Below, in pieces: positions 13,269-28,820 of a DNA stretch of 64,000 nt (its first letter is position 1; the number at the start of each line of letters is the position of its first letter). The DNA is from the human T2T-CHM13v2.0 reference genome, Homo sapiens, in assembly GCF_009914755.1 (NCBI RefSeq), contig NC_060928.1. One strand, given 5' to 3'. A program made the position numbers and the translations under genes. The notes beneath the pieces were generated by a model. It made no database searches and was not told the origin of the DNA. It saw only the letters and a program-made list of their open reading frames with translations.

Positions 13269-15662
13269 GTAGCATAGAGACACCATGAATCAGGATTGGA
13301 GGATGGAATAGGGTCTGATGATAGTCAGTTCACCTTCAAGAGTCTGGCACACTGGCATCATCTGATGTTGTTATCTCCTGGCTTCCACCTGCCTTCCTTC
13401 AGAGTCCTCTCATTTTAGGAATAGGTGTCTCTGCAGATCACATTTTCTTTTTAGTGCATTATCACTAACATTGATTCTCCTGACCAGGGCCTTTGTGCAT
13501 ATTGGGAATTCTTCCCTATTCTCTAATATTTTACATATTTTTCCCCTTATTTCTCCCTTTGATATTTAGACATGACTCAAGTTTTCTTTACTATGAAATA
13601 TTGTTTTATTTTCTGAATCTATGATTTACATCTTTTGCTCCCATTCTGTCTGCTCTCCAAATCTGCAGCTCTTTCAAAATGCTCTATGAATGCCAAGGCC
13701 TCCACATTCTCCTGGGACTCTAGGCTTCCAACCTTGGAGTTCATCTTAGTTACTGCTTCTGTGACCTGTTCTTATCGTTCCTTCTTACTTAATCTGCTGC
13801 CTCACCTCATTCAGTACTTCCCCTTTAATGTTTTTCTTACTAATTCCATAGTTACTACATCAATCAATGTCCTACTCACCTCACACTTATGTTCATAACA
13901 GCCTCTTAGCTGGTCTTCCTATCTCCTCTATTTCAATTTGTCCTTCACATACAGAATAGTTTTCATCACTCGCTCACGAAATGAGAGACTTCCAATTGCC
14001 AACCAGATCCACCTCAATTCTCTCCAATCTTATTTCTCCTTACTTAGTGTCATAACTATACCTGCCTTTGTAGAACCAGCTCCCCACATTTTTCCAACTG
14101 TCATTATCGTGTCTTTGGCCATTGCACATTTAACAAGAGCTCTGAACTTCTGGTATGAAACAGAAATGAATTCTAAACTGGCTTTCCAATGACAAGGTGG
14201 AGAAAATACCAAAACACAAGGCAGAAAGGGTGTTTTGATAACATTTTCCCTTTTGAGAGCATTTGTTATTTTCATAGCACTATTAACCTTAATTTACAAA
14301 AATTCTAAAATTTGGGATTCAGATGGTCAAGCTGATATTTTGCAGCCTTAAAAAGTATGTCCTAACACTGCAGCCTCTGCTTCACACAAGCATATTCCCA
14401 TAGTTAGATAACAAGCTAAGTTTTAATAACATCAATCATTTATAAATTATATGGGCTAAAGTGTGACTAATAGCTCCATTACTAAGTGAAGAAGTATAAT
14501 GAAAATTAAGTCATTTAATAGTTCCCAAAGTAAGTAATCATTTGGTAGTAAACTCATGGCTAGTTTAACTGCTATGTATAATAAGACATTTATATTTTTG
14601 TAAAATGACTTCAACATTAAGAATCAAAGGTTAGAACTCAGTGGTCTTCTCTTTTGTCATGAACACATTTTAATTTTTACAGCAGAAACAAGAGACTATT
14701 TTTATTATACTATTTATGGTAGCTAATTATCTCTTTGTAAAAAGAGATTTCATATAACCTATTTTAGGGAAAAGAGTTAAGAATCTCTTTTGGTTTTCAG
14801 TGTCCAGAGATTTTGCTACTTCGTTTTATATCATAGTTATATATTATAATCAGAGTGGGGTTTTTGTGCATGGTTTGATTTGGAGGAAGTTACTGTAATT
14901 CAGAGAGGATATTAATCTCTGCCAGTCACCAATGTGAATATAGCTCACGATTGCTCAATTCTTACACTGTTTCCAGGAATAGATGAGAATAGAGCCTAGT
15001 GGGGGCAGGGCTGGCTGAGCCATCCTGGGGGGAGTAGCTTTACTTCATGAATACTAGAAGAAAAATTTGGTATATGCACATTTGCTATTACTTGGCTTTG
15101 TAGCCAAACATTACTCTCTTTTTATGGTTTCTTGTCTTGTCAATGAAGCCAAAGATGTTCCAGTGTTTATTGGTGGTGTCAGTTTGATCCCTGACTTTAT
15201 CAAAATGTCATTCCAATAATCTTCATTCTGGTTTTAGTCTCAGCTAGGTAAATTCTTCCTGAATTTGCTGCTGTCTGTCTTAGGCGAGGCCACATTTGAG
15301 TTGGAGCATAGTGATGATAGAGGCATAGGTACCTGCTGAACCAGCTTTGGGGAAAGGAAACTTGGCTTTCTGAGTATTATATTTATTTTTCACGGATTTT
15401 TGACTCAACTGAAGTTTCTGCATGTGAATGTGTAATAAGTTGAAATTTTAGGTGAAGAATTGAAGTATTCTTCTATACTACTGTATAAAATTATATCTCC
15501 TTATAAAAAAATCCACTGTAGTGTAACTAGTTCATTGCTTTATTAAGAGAGATAATGGTTCACAATGTTTTTATAAGCAATATATTACCATATAAAGAAT
15601 GATAATTATTATAACCCTTAACAAGTGGGAACCCTATGGCTGAAACAGTAAGATGAAAGATC

Positions 15663-15961
15663 TTTTTTTTTTTTTTTTTGAGACAGGGTTTCACTCTGTC
15701 ACCCAGGCTGGAGTGTAGTGATGTGATCTTGGCTTACCACAGCCTTGACCTCCTGGGTTCAAGTGATTCTTCCACCTCAGCCCCCCAAGCAGCTGGGACT
15801 ACTGGCATGTGCCACCATGCCTGGCTAATTTTTGTATTTTTTGTAGAGACAGGGTTTTGCCATGTTGCCCAGGCTGGTGTTGAACTCTTGAACTCAAGCA
15901 ATCTGCCTACCTTGGCCTCCCAAAATGCTGGGATTACAGGTGTGAGTCGCTGCCCCTGGCC
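15663..15961 (-). mobile_element. Alu (J-type), full length
   Basis: Poly-T then 'gagacagggtttcactctgtcacccaggctggagtg...cacagccttgacctcctggg' (J-type right arm). Confidence 0.95.
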
Positions 15962-18410
15962 CACCAAAGTTCTTATAGGGCATCATAGGTAAGTAAGCAC
16001 ATGAAAGGCCCGGCAGCATACAACAATGTTCCTAGATGAAAGACACAACATAATATCTAGAAACAGAATCCTGGGCCTTTTTGGTTATTTATAAACACTG
16101 TATGGAATTCTTGTTGAAGATAGTTCTCCGCTGCTTGAGTCTAAATTCCTCAAGGGCTTGTCCCTTTATTAGTCATTGACATCATAGATGATGTGTTCTA
16201 ATGTGTATTCTTTCTATTGAGGGCACTATTATAGCCAAAATGTTTCAAAAATATCAATGTATATTTATATTTTATAGAAGTTATTCAGTGTAAGCATGGA
16301 CATATTTACAGCCTGCAGCCATCATAGATCAATGCACCAAAGATCATTTTGTCTTTTGAAAGTTAAAATTCAATTTATTGAATTGCCAACTTACCGAAGT
16401 TTAGTGATTTAGTAAAAATGGTTTTAATATTTGAACAGGAATTTTAGTTACCGATGATAAAACATACAAAATTAATGCTGATATGCCATTTGAAGAATTT
16501 GCCAAAAAAAAAACTGAAAATGCTTCAAGTTTGAATAAATAAAAAACATCACCCAAGAAGTGGTCAAAACAATCCTAGCACATATGGAATGCTAAAGGTT
16601 TGGTTTCAAACAAGGGGCAATGGTAATGTGTAGATTTGGTGGTAATTTGTTAAAAGACTTGCTATGAAAATGTTACTAAAGCATCAGGAGAGCCAAAAGG
16701 GAACTCAGAGAAGGCTCTATAAATGGGCCATGTGATTAGTGTGAAGAGAGAAATAAATCAGCTAGAACATGATTGGAGAAACCACACCAACTCCATCATT
16801 GGCTACCAGTGGTTAAAAATGAGTTGAAGGTTGATATGCTACCTGAGAAACTGGAAACACATCTTTAAAATGCTGTATAATTGGGAAAATGTAAATAGCA
16901 TTAAATGAGATTTCTAGTTACCTTATTAATTTTCCCAATTTGAAGAGTTTTGCTCTGTGTTGTAAACTATACAGTTGTTTGTGTTTTGTTTTCCTGAATA
17001 TTCCTACAGTATTAGTGTAACTCAATCACAAAGACATTTCATCCTTTGGCATCTATGTTGTGAGCTGCCATACTCAGTGAATAATGGAACTGATACTTGC
17101 ATTCCAGTGTGGGTACTCCTCTGCAGTGGTGGCTGTCCCACAACCTCATTGTCCAATTCTGGCTTCTTGGTGCTGTCAATAAATTACCAAAGGCCTGGAT
17201 GATTTGATGATATCAGCTACCAGAATTGCCAATGCCACTTTTCTTAGTTTTTATTAGTAACATTTATTATCGTTATATAATATTGTTGGTAGAAGTTTCT
17301 CATGTGTTAGGCCGACAATGGTGGAAACTCCTTGGCAGCAATCTGGAAGCCCAATCCACTTACCCTAGAAATAGTTCAGGGCAAATTGTGCTTCCCTTAG
17401 TATGATATGATTGTCCTAGAAAGCAGTGAAAGTTGACTCTATCTAAGCAACTGGGACAAACTCCAAGACTAGAAGCGTGGATGGCAGCCTGAGGACATAG
17501 GGCTACAGACATTTTCAGATGGAGGGCAGTGAGAAGTGGTGAGTGGTTTTAAGTTTCTGTTTTCACATTGGTGTCCCAGAATCTAAGTTTCTTTGATACC
17601 CTGAATTATGACTATGGAGATATTTTCATTTTTTATACCCAGAATCTTGTAAAGAAAAATTCCTCTCTTCTGCCAGTTTGTTTGTTTCGTCAAGGATTAT
17701 GACATTACAGCAATGAATGAGGTTCACTATATGCGAGATCTTTATGTTGAATTCCTTATGTGGTTGCATATTTGTCATGCCAGAAAATTTTCAGTATCAG
17801 ATAGATGTGCTCCCAATGCCACATAGTGGAATGTCAAGCTATCTAGGAAAGGTTATCTAGATTCTTAATAAGTTCCATTACATTTCTTCACTTAATATGA
17901 GTAGTATGGCTTGAGTGGTTTTTGCTTACGACTGCTCTTACAACTTTGCCTTCTGGAACCACATGTGTCTGTTGATGTCAAGTGGAGTGTATCTAAACTC
18001 TCCTGTACCTCTTTTCCATCCCATACTTGTTTCTAAGGTAAAATGCTCCGTGAGCAGAAGTTGATGTAGACAAATTCCAGTGACATTACAATTACAATAT
18101 CACCAGCAGCCCAGTAACTATCACATCATTTCAGGATTTACCTGAGAATCAAAGTAGGATGGTCAAATTTTGAGTCAGGTAAAAGCTGAAGACTTGTGTG
18201 TTTCCCCTTACCTTCACACCCTCCAGTGTTTTCATTACATGTTCTGGGTGGTCAGTATGGTCAGAGCCTCTTTGGGGAATAGAAAGATAAGATCAAAGTG
18301 CCAGCATGATTATACACACCACATGAATGTGGAATTACATAGAACATTATGATTTGGTTAATGCATTCTGGAATTCAGTCACATCTATGCAAATATCTCA
18401 CCAGAAGAAA

Positions 18411-18714
18411 AGGGGAGTAAAGGCAATCAACTTGCTTTTCCATTTTGCTTGTCAAATGCTTTCAAAATCCTCACTTTGAAAAGAAAAGGCTTTGCAGAGG
18501 TGACTTCTTTCTCACTGTTTCAATGACAGGTAAGGAAAATGTGCCCCTCCAACCACCTCACCTGGTGTGGCCCCCAGGTGCTTCAGCAGCCTGTAGGCCA
18601 CCTATCACTTTCTGACCCAGCCTTTGTGAAGCAGCGAACAGCTTACTTCAGGCTTTCCTAATATTATATTTCTATACTGGTATCCTGACTCTTCATAAAT
18701 CACAATCCTTAGCA
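18411..18714 (+). repeat. Left arm of ~300-bp inverted repeat (partner 19440-19741)
   Basis: Reverse complement aligns to 19440-19741 at roughly 84% by eye; 39-bp perfect block 18460-18498 = rc(19656-19694). Confidence 0.92.
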
Positions 18715-19039
18715 CTGTCAGGAACCATGTCAAATGGATTGCCAAAAATTTTTTAAAACAATAGCATCTTATATGAAAATTATTACGTTACACTGATAAT
18801 TTCTCTTTTGAAAATTTTTAAATGTTTTTAGGATTCTTATTACAATATCCCAGGTAGTATTAGTTAATATTTAAAGAGTAACCCAAATTGAACATCAATA
18901 ATTGCCAAAATTAACCATTTCTCTAAAGGTGCTAAGGCTATTAAAACCATAACTGTAAAATTGTCCTGTTTCTGAATGTGTCAGTATTCTTATTTTTTGT
19001 ATGCACAGATGACAAAACATGTAGAATTAAGGTTGATAC

Positions 19040-19100
19040 TTAGTGCAGGGTCTGGCATATAGTAGGGCATCCAGTGAACATTTATTGAAATAAATGTTGC
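19040..19100 (+). mobile_element. L2 tail fragment inside the inverted-repeat spacer
   Basis: 'gtctggcatatagtagggcatccagtgaacatttattgaaataaatg'. Confidence 0.55.
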
Positions 19101-19439
19101 TTGAATGCTGTTGATGGGTCGGGCTTATTTCACAAATCTTTCTCTCTCACTGGGAGTTTTCTCTCAGGAGCCCTCATCATTCTCAGAGCTATTATTTTGG
19201 TTTCCCTTGCCTTTCATCTGTCATATAAGTCTGAACGCAAACCATAGAGAGCATTTGGTGTTTTTTTCCTGTTCAGTGTTTTTTCTTCAGTCCCTGTGTG
19301 AATCAATGGTTCAAAAAGATGGATGTTGCCTGCTTCTTCTGTGTCAGCCAAAGCAAGAAAACTTGCTGCAGATGGACCAGTTGGGTGGTGACAACATTCA
19401 GTTACTATTAATAATAACTGATAAGGCACGTTTAAGGCC

Positions 19440-19741
19440 TGCTAAGGATTTGATTCATGAAGAGTCAGGAGACCAGCAAAGAAACATGATCCTAGTAAAG
19501 TCTGATGTGAGCTATTGGCTGTCTTCACAAAGGCTGGGACAGAAAATGATGCATGGCTTACAGGCCGGTGAAGCACCCCAGGGACCACTTAGGCAAGGTG
19601 ATTGGAGGGGCACATTTTCCTTATCTGTCACTAACACAATGAGAAAGAATTCACTTCTGCAAAGCCTTTTCTTTTCAAAGTGAGGATTTTGAAACCACTT
19701 GAAAAGGGAAAAATGAGTTTATTGCCTTTACTTCCTCCCCT
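19440..19741 (-). repeat. Right arm of ~300-bp inverted repeat (partner 18411-18714)
   Basis: See left arm; second perfect 22-bp block 19602-19623 = rc(18531-18552). Confidence 0.92.
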
Positions 19742-21047
19742 AGGATTTAGAGTTTATTAAAATCCACTGGAAAGAAGCAGAGAGCAGGAGATTGTACTTG
19801 ATAGAATGTCTTCAGAGTTCTGAAAGTGGCCCAAATGGTCTGAATGTTGGGAATTCTGGCAAGATAGAGGAAGGAAGTTGAAGCTGTTTCACTTACTAAT
19901 GTAGCATAAACCAAAGTAAATAGTTATATCACAAAGCAGAAAGCACCCTCTACTCCCTACCTCCTCCAATATGGTTAATGGAAATGAAAGCCCATGAATA
20001 ATTTTCTTTAAAAAAACCGCTGGATACAAGATATGATCATGATCTATTCTCTATTTTTATTTTGCTAGCATAAATGAGATAAAAAAACTTTCTTTAAATT
20101 TAAAAATGGACAAACTGATTGAACACTAGAATGGTTTACTGAAGAAAGAAGCCAAACAGGAGAAAAATTCACTTATGTTTGGTCTCCTAAAGGAATCCTA
20201 AGACACAACAGCCTCTCTGCAGATATATTCCAGATCTGTGAGAATCTCTGTCCTTGCATAAAAATTGTAAGGAGTATACTGATCAAGGTCTGCAAATACA
20301 AGATTTGCAGAGCATCAGTCTCTCCAATGAGCTTTGCTGTCCAATTAGAGGAATGAGAAAGTGATGACATAAAAAGGCCAGGACTCTGGAGAAACTTGTA
20401 CAGGATAGTTATTGATAGCATCAGGCTCCATTCCACTCTGATAGACCTTGTAGTCCCTGCTATATGGAACCTTTGCTGATCGAGAAGTTCATGCCTCCCT
20501 CCTTTCTCAAGTAACTAAATAGCATCAAGCTCGGCCTCCAAAGGGGACCTACTGGGTGATGGGGAGTGTGCAGAGATAGTGCAACTGAGAAATACACTGA
20601 GCAGGTGGCTTGTGTCATAGAGCTTGGCATTGCCAGGGTATGCATAAGACCAGAGAGACTATCATTTACCAGGATGTATCTTTCTAGGCTGCAAGTACTT
20701 CATATTTTGATGTTTATGAAATTACCTCACAGGGAGAGGGAAAGCAATTATCTATCAAAGTAATTTCAAAAAACAGCATTTTAAAATTCAGGATAACAAA
20801 AACACAGGGGTAAAGTGGATTCCATTAAAGAATCACTATGGCAAGAAGAGAAATCAACACTCTCTTTTAAAGTGCTTAGAAAGTATTTATGAAATACCTA
20901 CTATATGCCCAACACTTTGGAAACTGAGAAAATCACATAAAACCTGGTTCCATTGCTAATGGAGATTATAGGATTTATACTTAAGACTTATCTATAAAAG
21001 CATTTTAAGTATACATAATAGCTGTTTATGAATGAGTACGTTTATAT

Positions 21048-21217
21048 GCAGCGGTGTGCTGGTACATCAGCTCTCCTACAAAAACAAAAAAACCAACCTT
21101 GATTTGTAGTGTTTGCCAATTTCTGCAGTGTAAATACTTTCACCATGATTGAATGCAGAGTTGAGAAAAGATGTGCAGGGTTGATGTCACAAGCCAGTAC
21201 AAGGCAGCTTCAGCTCA
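21048..21217. mobile_element. MER63-like (hAT-Blackjack)
   Basis: 'cagcggtgtgctggta...gatttgtagtgtttgccaatttctgcagtgtaaatactttcaccatg...gagttgagaaaagatgtgca'. Confidence 0.7.
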
Positions 21218-21436
21218 GAGGTTATAGCTGTCCTAGACGTCTGGGGAAGGGAGGCCAGCCAGTCAGACTACTATTAGGAAGGCTTAAATGAGGGAAGGCA
21301 GGATTTAAGAAGGGGAAGATCATTGTGTGGTGAACTCTGAAAAAATAAGGCTGCTTGCTTTGTTCTCCACTCCCACCCCTCTACATCCCAATACAGTCTG
21401 TGAATACAGTAGATACTCAGTAAAGAAGTTTGTTGG

Positions 21437-23950
<2,514 letters not shown>

Positions 23951-24217
23951 AGCCAACCAAACAAAAATATTCAAAAATCCAGCTTATAAAAAGAGATAAA
24001 TCAAAGCATAGTTGTGACCACTGTGTCTGTTAAAAGAAACAGCTGACCAGAACATTAGGATGAATTCAATTAACAAGTTCTCCTCATGCTTTTTATATCC
24101 ACTTGACTTATTAAAAGTGGATCTATTCACACACGCAGAAGAAATTTTTTTTTGAGTTACAAAAATAATGGTTAGGCTGAAAGGAATGGGAAGGTTTTTC
24201 TCAGCAACACTTTTTTC

Positions 24218-24418
24218 TTTGAGTTAAGTACCTTCTGTGCCTAGTTTGGTGAGTGTTTTTTTTTTTTTTTATCATAAAGGGATGCTAGATTTTATAGAAG
24301 GCTTTTTCTGCATCTATGGAAATGATCATATGGTTTTTGTTTTTAATTCTGTTTATGTGATATATCACATTTATTGACTTGCGTATGTTAAATCATCCCT
24401 GCATTTTTTGGATAAAAC
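24218..24418 (-). mobile_element. Inverted 5' segment of the second L1 (ORF2)
   Basis: Reverse complement reads 'atgcagggatgatttaacatacgcaagtcaataaatgtg...atagatgcagaaaaagcc...aaactaggcacagaaggtacttaactcaaa', the ORF2 stretch immediately upstream of where the sense segment begins. Confidence 0.9.
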
Positions 24419-24427
24419 TTCAAAATA

Positions 24428-24737
24428 GGCTGGGTACGGTCGCTCACGCCTGTAATCCCAGCAGTTCCGGAGGCCGAGGCGGGCGGATCACAAGGTCAGG
24501 AGATGGAGACCATCCTGGCTAACACGGTGAAACCCCGTCTCTACTAAAAATACAAAAAAATTAGCCAGGCGTGGTGGTGGGCGCCTGTAGTCCCAGCTAT
24601 TCTGGAGGCTGAGGCAGGAGAATGGCATGACTCGGGAGGCGGAGCTTGCAGTGAGACGAGATCGCGTCACTGCACTCCAGCCTGGGCGACAGAGCGAGAC
24701 TCTCTCTCAAAAAACAAACAACAACAACAACAACAAC
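24428..24737 (+). mobile_element. AluY at the L1 inversion junction
   Basis: AluY diagnostics ('gagaccatcctggctaacacggtgaaaccccgtctc'); (CAA)n tail; perfect 14-bp TSD AAAACTTCAAAATA at 24414-24427 and 24738-24751. Confidence 0.95.
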
Positions 24738-26145
24738 AAAACTTCAAAATAATAAAAGGCATACATGACAAACCCAGTCAACATCATACTGAATGGGGAA
24801 ACGTTGAAAGCATTTCCCCTGAAAACTGGAACAAGACAAGGATGTAAACTTTCACCACTTCTACTTAACATAGTACTGGAAGTCCTAACCAGAGCAGTCA
24901 GGCAAGAGAAAGAAATAAAGGGCATCCAAATTGGAAAAAAAGAAGTTAAACTATCGCTGTTCACTGATGATATGATTGTATACCTAGAAAACCCTAAAGC
25001 CTCCTGCAGAAGACTCCTAGATTTGATAAGCAAATTCAGTAAAATCTCAGGTTACAAAATCAATGTACACAAATCAGTAGCACTGCTATACACCAACACG
25101 AACCAAGCTGAGAATCAAATTAAAAAGTCAATCCCTTTCACAACAGCTACAAAAATAATAAAAAACTTAGGAATATACTTAACCAATGAGGTGAAAGATC
25201 TCTACAAAGAGAACTAAAAAACACTGCTGAAAGAAATCATAGATGACACAAACATATGGAAACACATCCCATGCTCATGGATTGAAAGAATCAATATCAT
25301 GAAAACGACCATATTGCCTGAAGCAATCTACAGATTCAATGCAATTTCTATCAAAATACCAGCATAATTTTTCACAGAATTAGAAAAATAAATCCTAAAA
25401 TTAATTTGGAACTAAAAATGTGCCCAAATAGCCAAAGCAATCCTAAACAAAAAGAAGAAATCTGGAGGCATTCCTTTACCAGACTTCAAATTATACCACA
25501 AGGCTATAGTTACTAAAACAGCACGGTACTGGTGTAAAAGTAGATACATAGGCCAATGGAACAGAATAGAGCACCCAGAAATAAAGCCAAATACAACAAA
25601 CTGATCTTTCACAAAGCATACTAAAACATAAATTGGGAAAAGGACATCCTAGTTAATAAATGATGCTGGGAAAACTGGCTAGCCACATGTAGAAAAATGA
25701 AACTAGATCCGTATCTCTCACCTTATACAAAAGTCCACTTGAGATACATCAAAGACTTAAATCTAAGACCTGAAACCATAAAGATTCTAGGAAAACCTAG
25801 AATTAGATAGAATTTCCTAGATTAGATAATCTAGGAAAAACTTTTCTAGACATTGATCTAGGCAAAGAATTTATGACTAACACCCCAAAAGCAAATGCAA
25901 CTAAAACAAAGATAGATAAATGGGACTTAATTAAACTAAAAGGCTTCTGCATAACAAAAGAAATAATCAAAGTAAAAGGCAACCCCCAGAGTACAAGAAA
26001 ATATTTGTAAACTATGCATCCAACAAAGGATTTATGTCCAGCATCTACAAGGAACTCAAACAAATCAGCGAGAAAAGAACAAATAATCCCATCAAAAAAT
26101 AGGCAAATGACATGAATAGATATTTCTCAAAAGAAGATAGATTTA

Positions 26146-26514
<369 letters not shown>

Positions 26515-26527
26515 TCAAAAGAAGATC

Positions 26528-26731
26528 GATGCATACATATGGTTATGTATTTAATTTTCTACTTTCTTCTGTACATTGGAAATATATAATAATAAAAATT
26601 ATTTAAATTTTTTAAAAGCTGTGAGGAAAAGGGAATTATGCAAACAAAGGTGTAGAAGTAGAAATAAATGCAATCGGATGGCTTTGATCTGACTTGATCT
26701 CATCAAACTGAGTGTGTCAGGGAACAGCAAA
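26528..26731 (+). repeat. Direct duplicate of 28291-28497 embedded in L1
   Basis: About 88% identical by eye to 28291-28497, including shared 'gaggaaaagggaattatgcaaacaaag'. Confidence 0.92.
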
Positions 26732-27571
26732 TGGCCAAGAAACATATGAAAAAATGTGCATCACTAATCATCAGGGAAATGCAAATTGAAACCATAATTA
26801 GATGCCACCTTAGTACTGCAAGAATGGTCATAATTAAAAAGTCAGAGAACAATAGATGTTGGCATGGATGTGGTGAAAACAGAACGCTTATACATTACTG
26901 GAAGGAATGTAAATTAGCACAACCTCTATGAAAACAGTATGGAGATTCCTTAAAAAACTAAAAGCAGATCTACAATTCAACCCAGCAATCTTACTACTGG
27001 GTATCTACCCAAAGGAAAAGAAGTCATTATTGTAGCAAAATTCACAATTGCAAAGATATGGAACCAACCTAAATGCCCACTGATCAATTAGTGAGTAAAG
27101 AAAATGTGATTATATACACATGATGGAAAACTACTTAGCCATAAAAAAGAAAGAAATAATGTCTTTTGCAGCAACTTGGATGGAGCTGGAGGTCATTATT
27201 ATAAGTGAAGTAATTCAGGAATGGAAAACCAAATATTGCATGTTCTCACTTATAAGTGGGAGTTCAGCTATGGGAATGCAAATGCAGAGTGATATAATAG
27301 ACTATGGAGACTCAGAAGGGGGAGGTTAGGCAGGGAGGTGAGGGTTAAAAAACTACATGTTGTGTACAATGTACACTACTTGGGTGACGGGTGCACTAAA
27401 ATCTCAGACTTCACCACTATGCAAATCATCCATGTAACCAGAAGCTATTGAAATAAAAAATATATGTTTTAAGAAAAAATATGCAAAATAAATATGATTC
27501 TTATAAAAAGAAATTAATATTCTTCTGTTAAAAAAACAACAAAACTTTAAAAAAAAACAAAAAAAAAAACA

Positions 27572-28253
<682 letters not shown>

Positions 28254-28503
28254 TGTGACCAAATGTTAAAGTCTATTAAAGTTGGTGATAGATGCATACA
28301 TACAGTTATTATGTATTTTATTTTCTGCTTTCTTCTGTACATTGGAAATATGTCATAATAAAAATTATTTAAGTTTTTTAAGAACTGAGAGGAAAAGGGA
28401 ATTATGCAAACAAAGATGCAGAAGTAGAAATGAATGCAATCTGGTAGCTTTGATCTGATTTGATCTCACCAAAGGGAGTGTGACAGTGAACAGCAAAAAA
28501 TGA

Positions 28504-28820
<317 letters not shown>

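Noticed and set aside
16008-16030. CGGCAGCA motif reminiscent of the U6 snRNA 5' end
   Set aside because: Match does not extend beyond about 8 nt.
19214-19429. 71-aa minus-strand ORF in the inverted-repeat spacer as a possible exon or pseudogene
   Set aside because: No recognisable homology and no clear splice sites.
23961-24045. Similarity to 27473-27540 after both L1 tails (CTTATAAAAAGA, TCTGTTAAAA), suggesting a shared 3' transduction
   Set aside because: A-rich low complexity, needs large gaps, and the two L1 3' UTRs look like different subfamilies.
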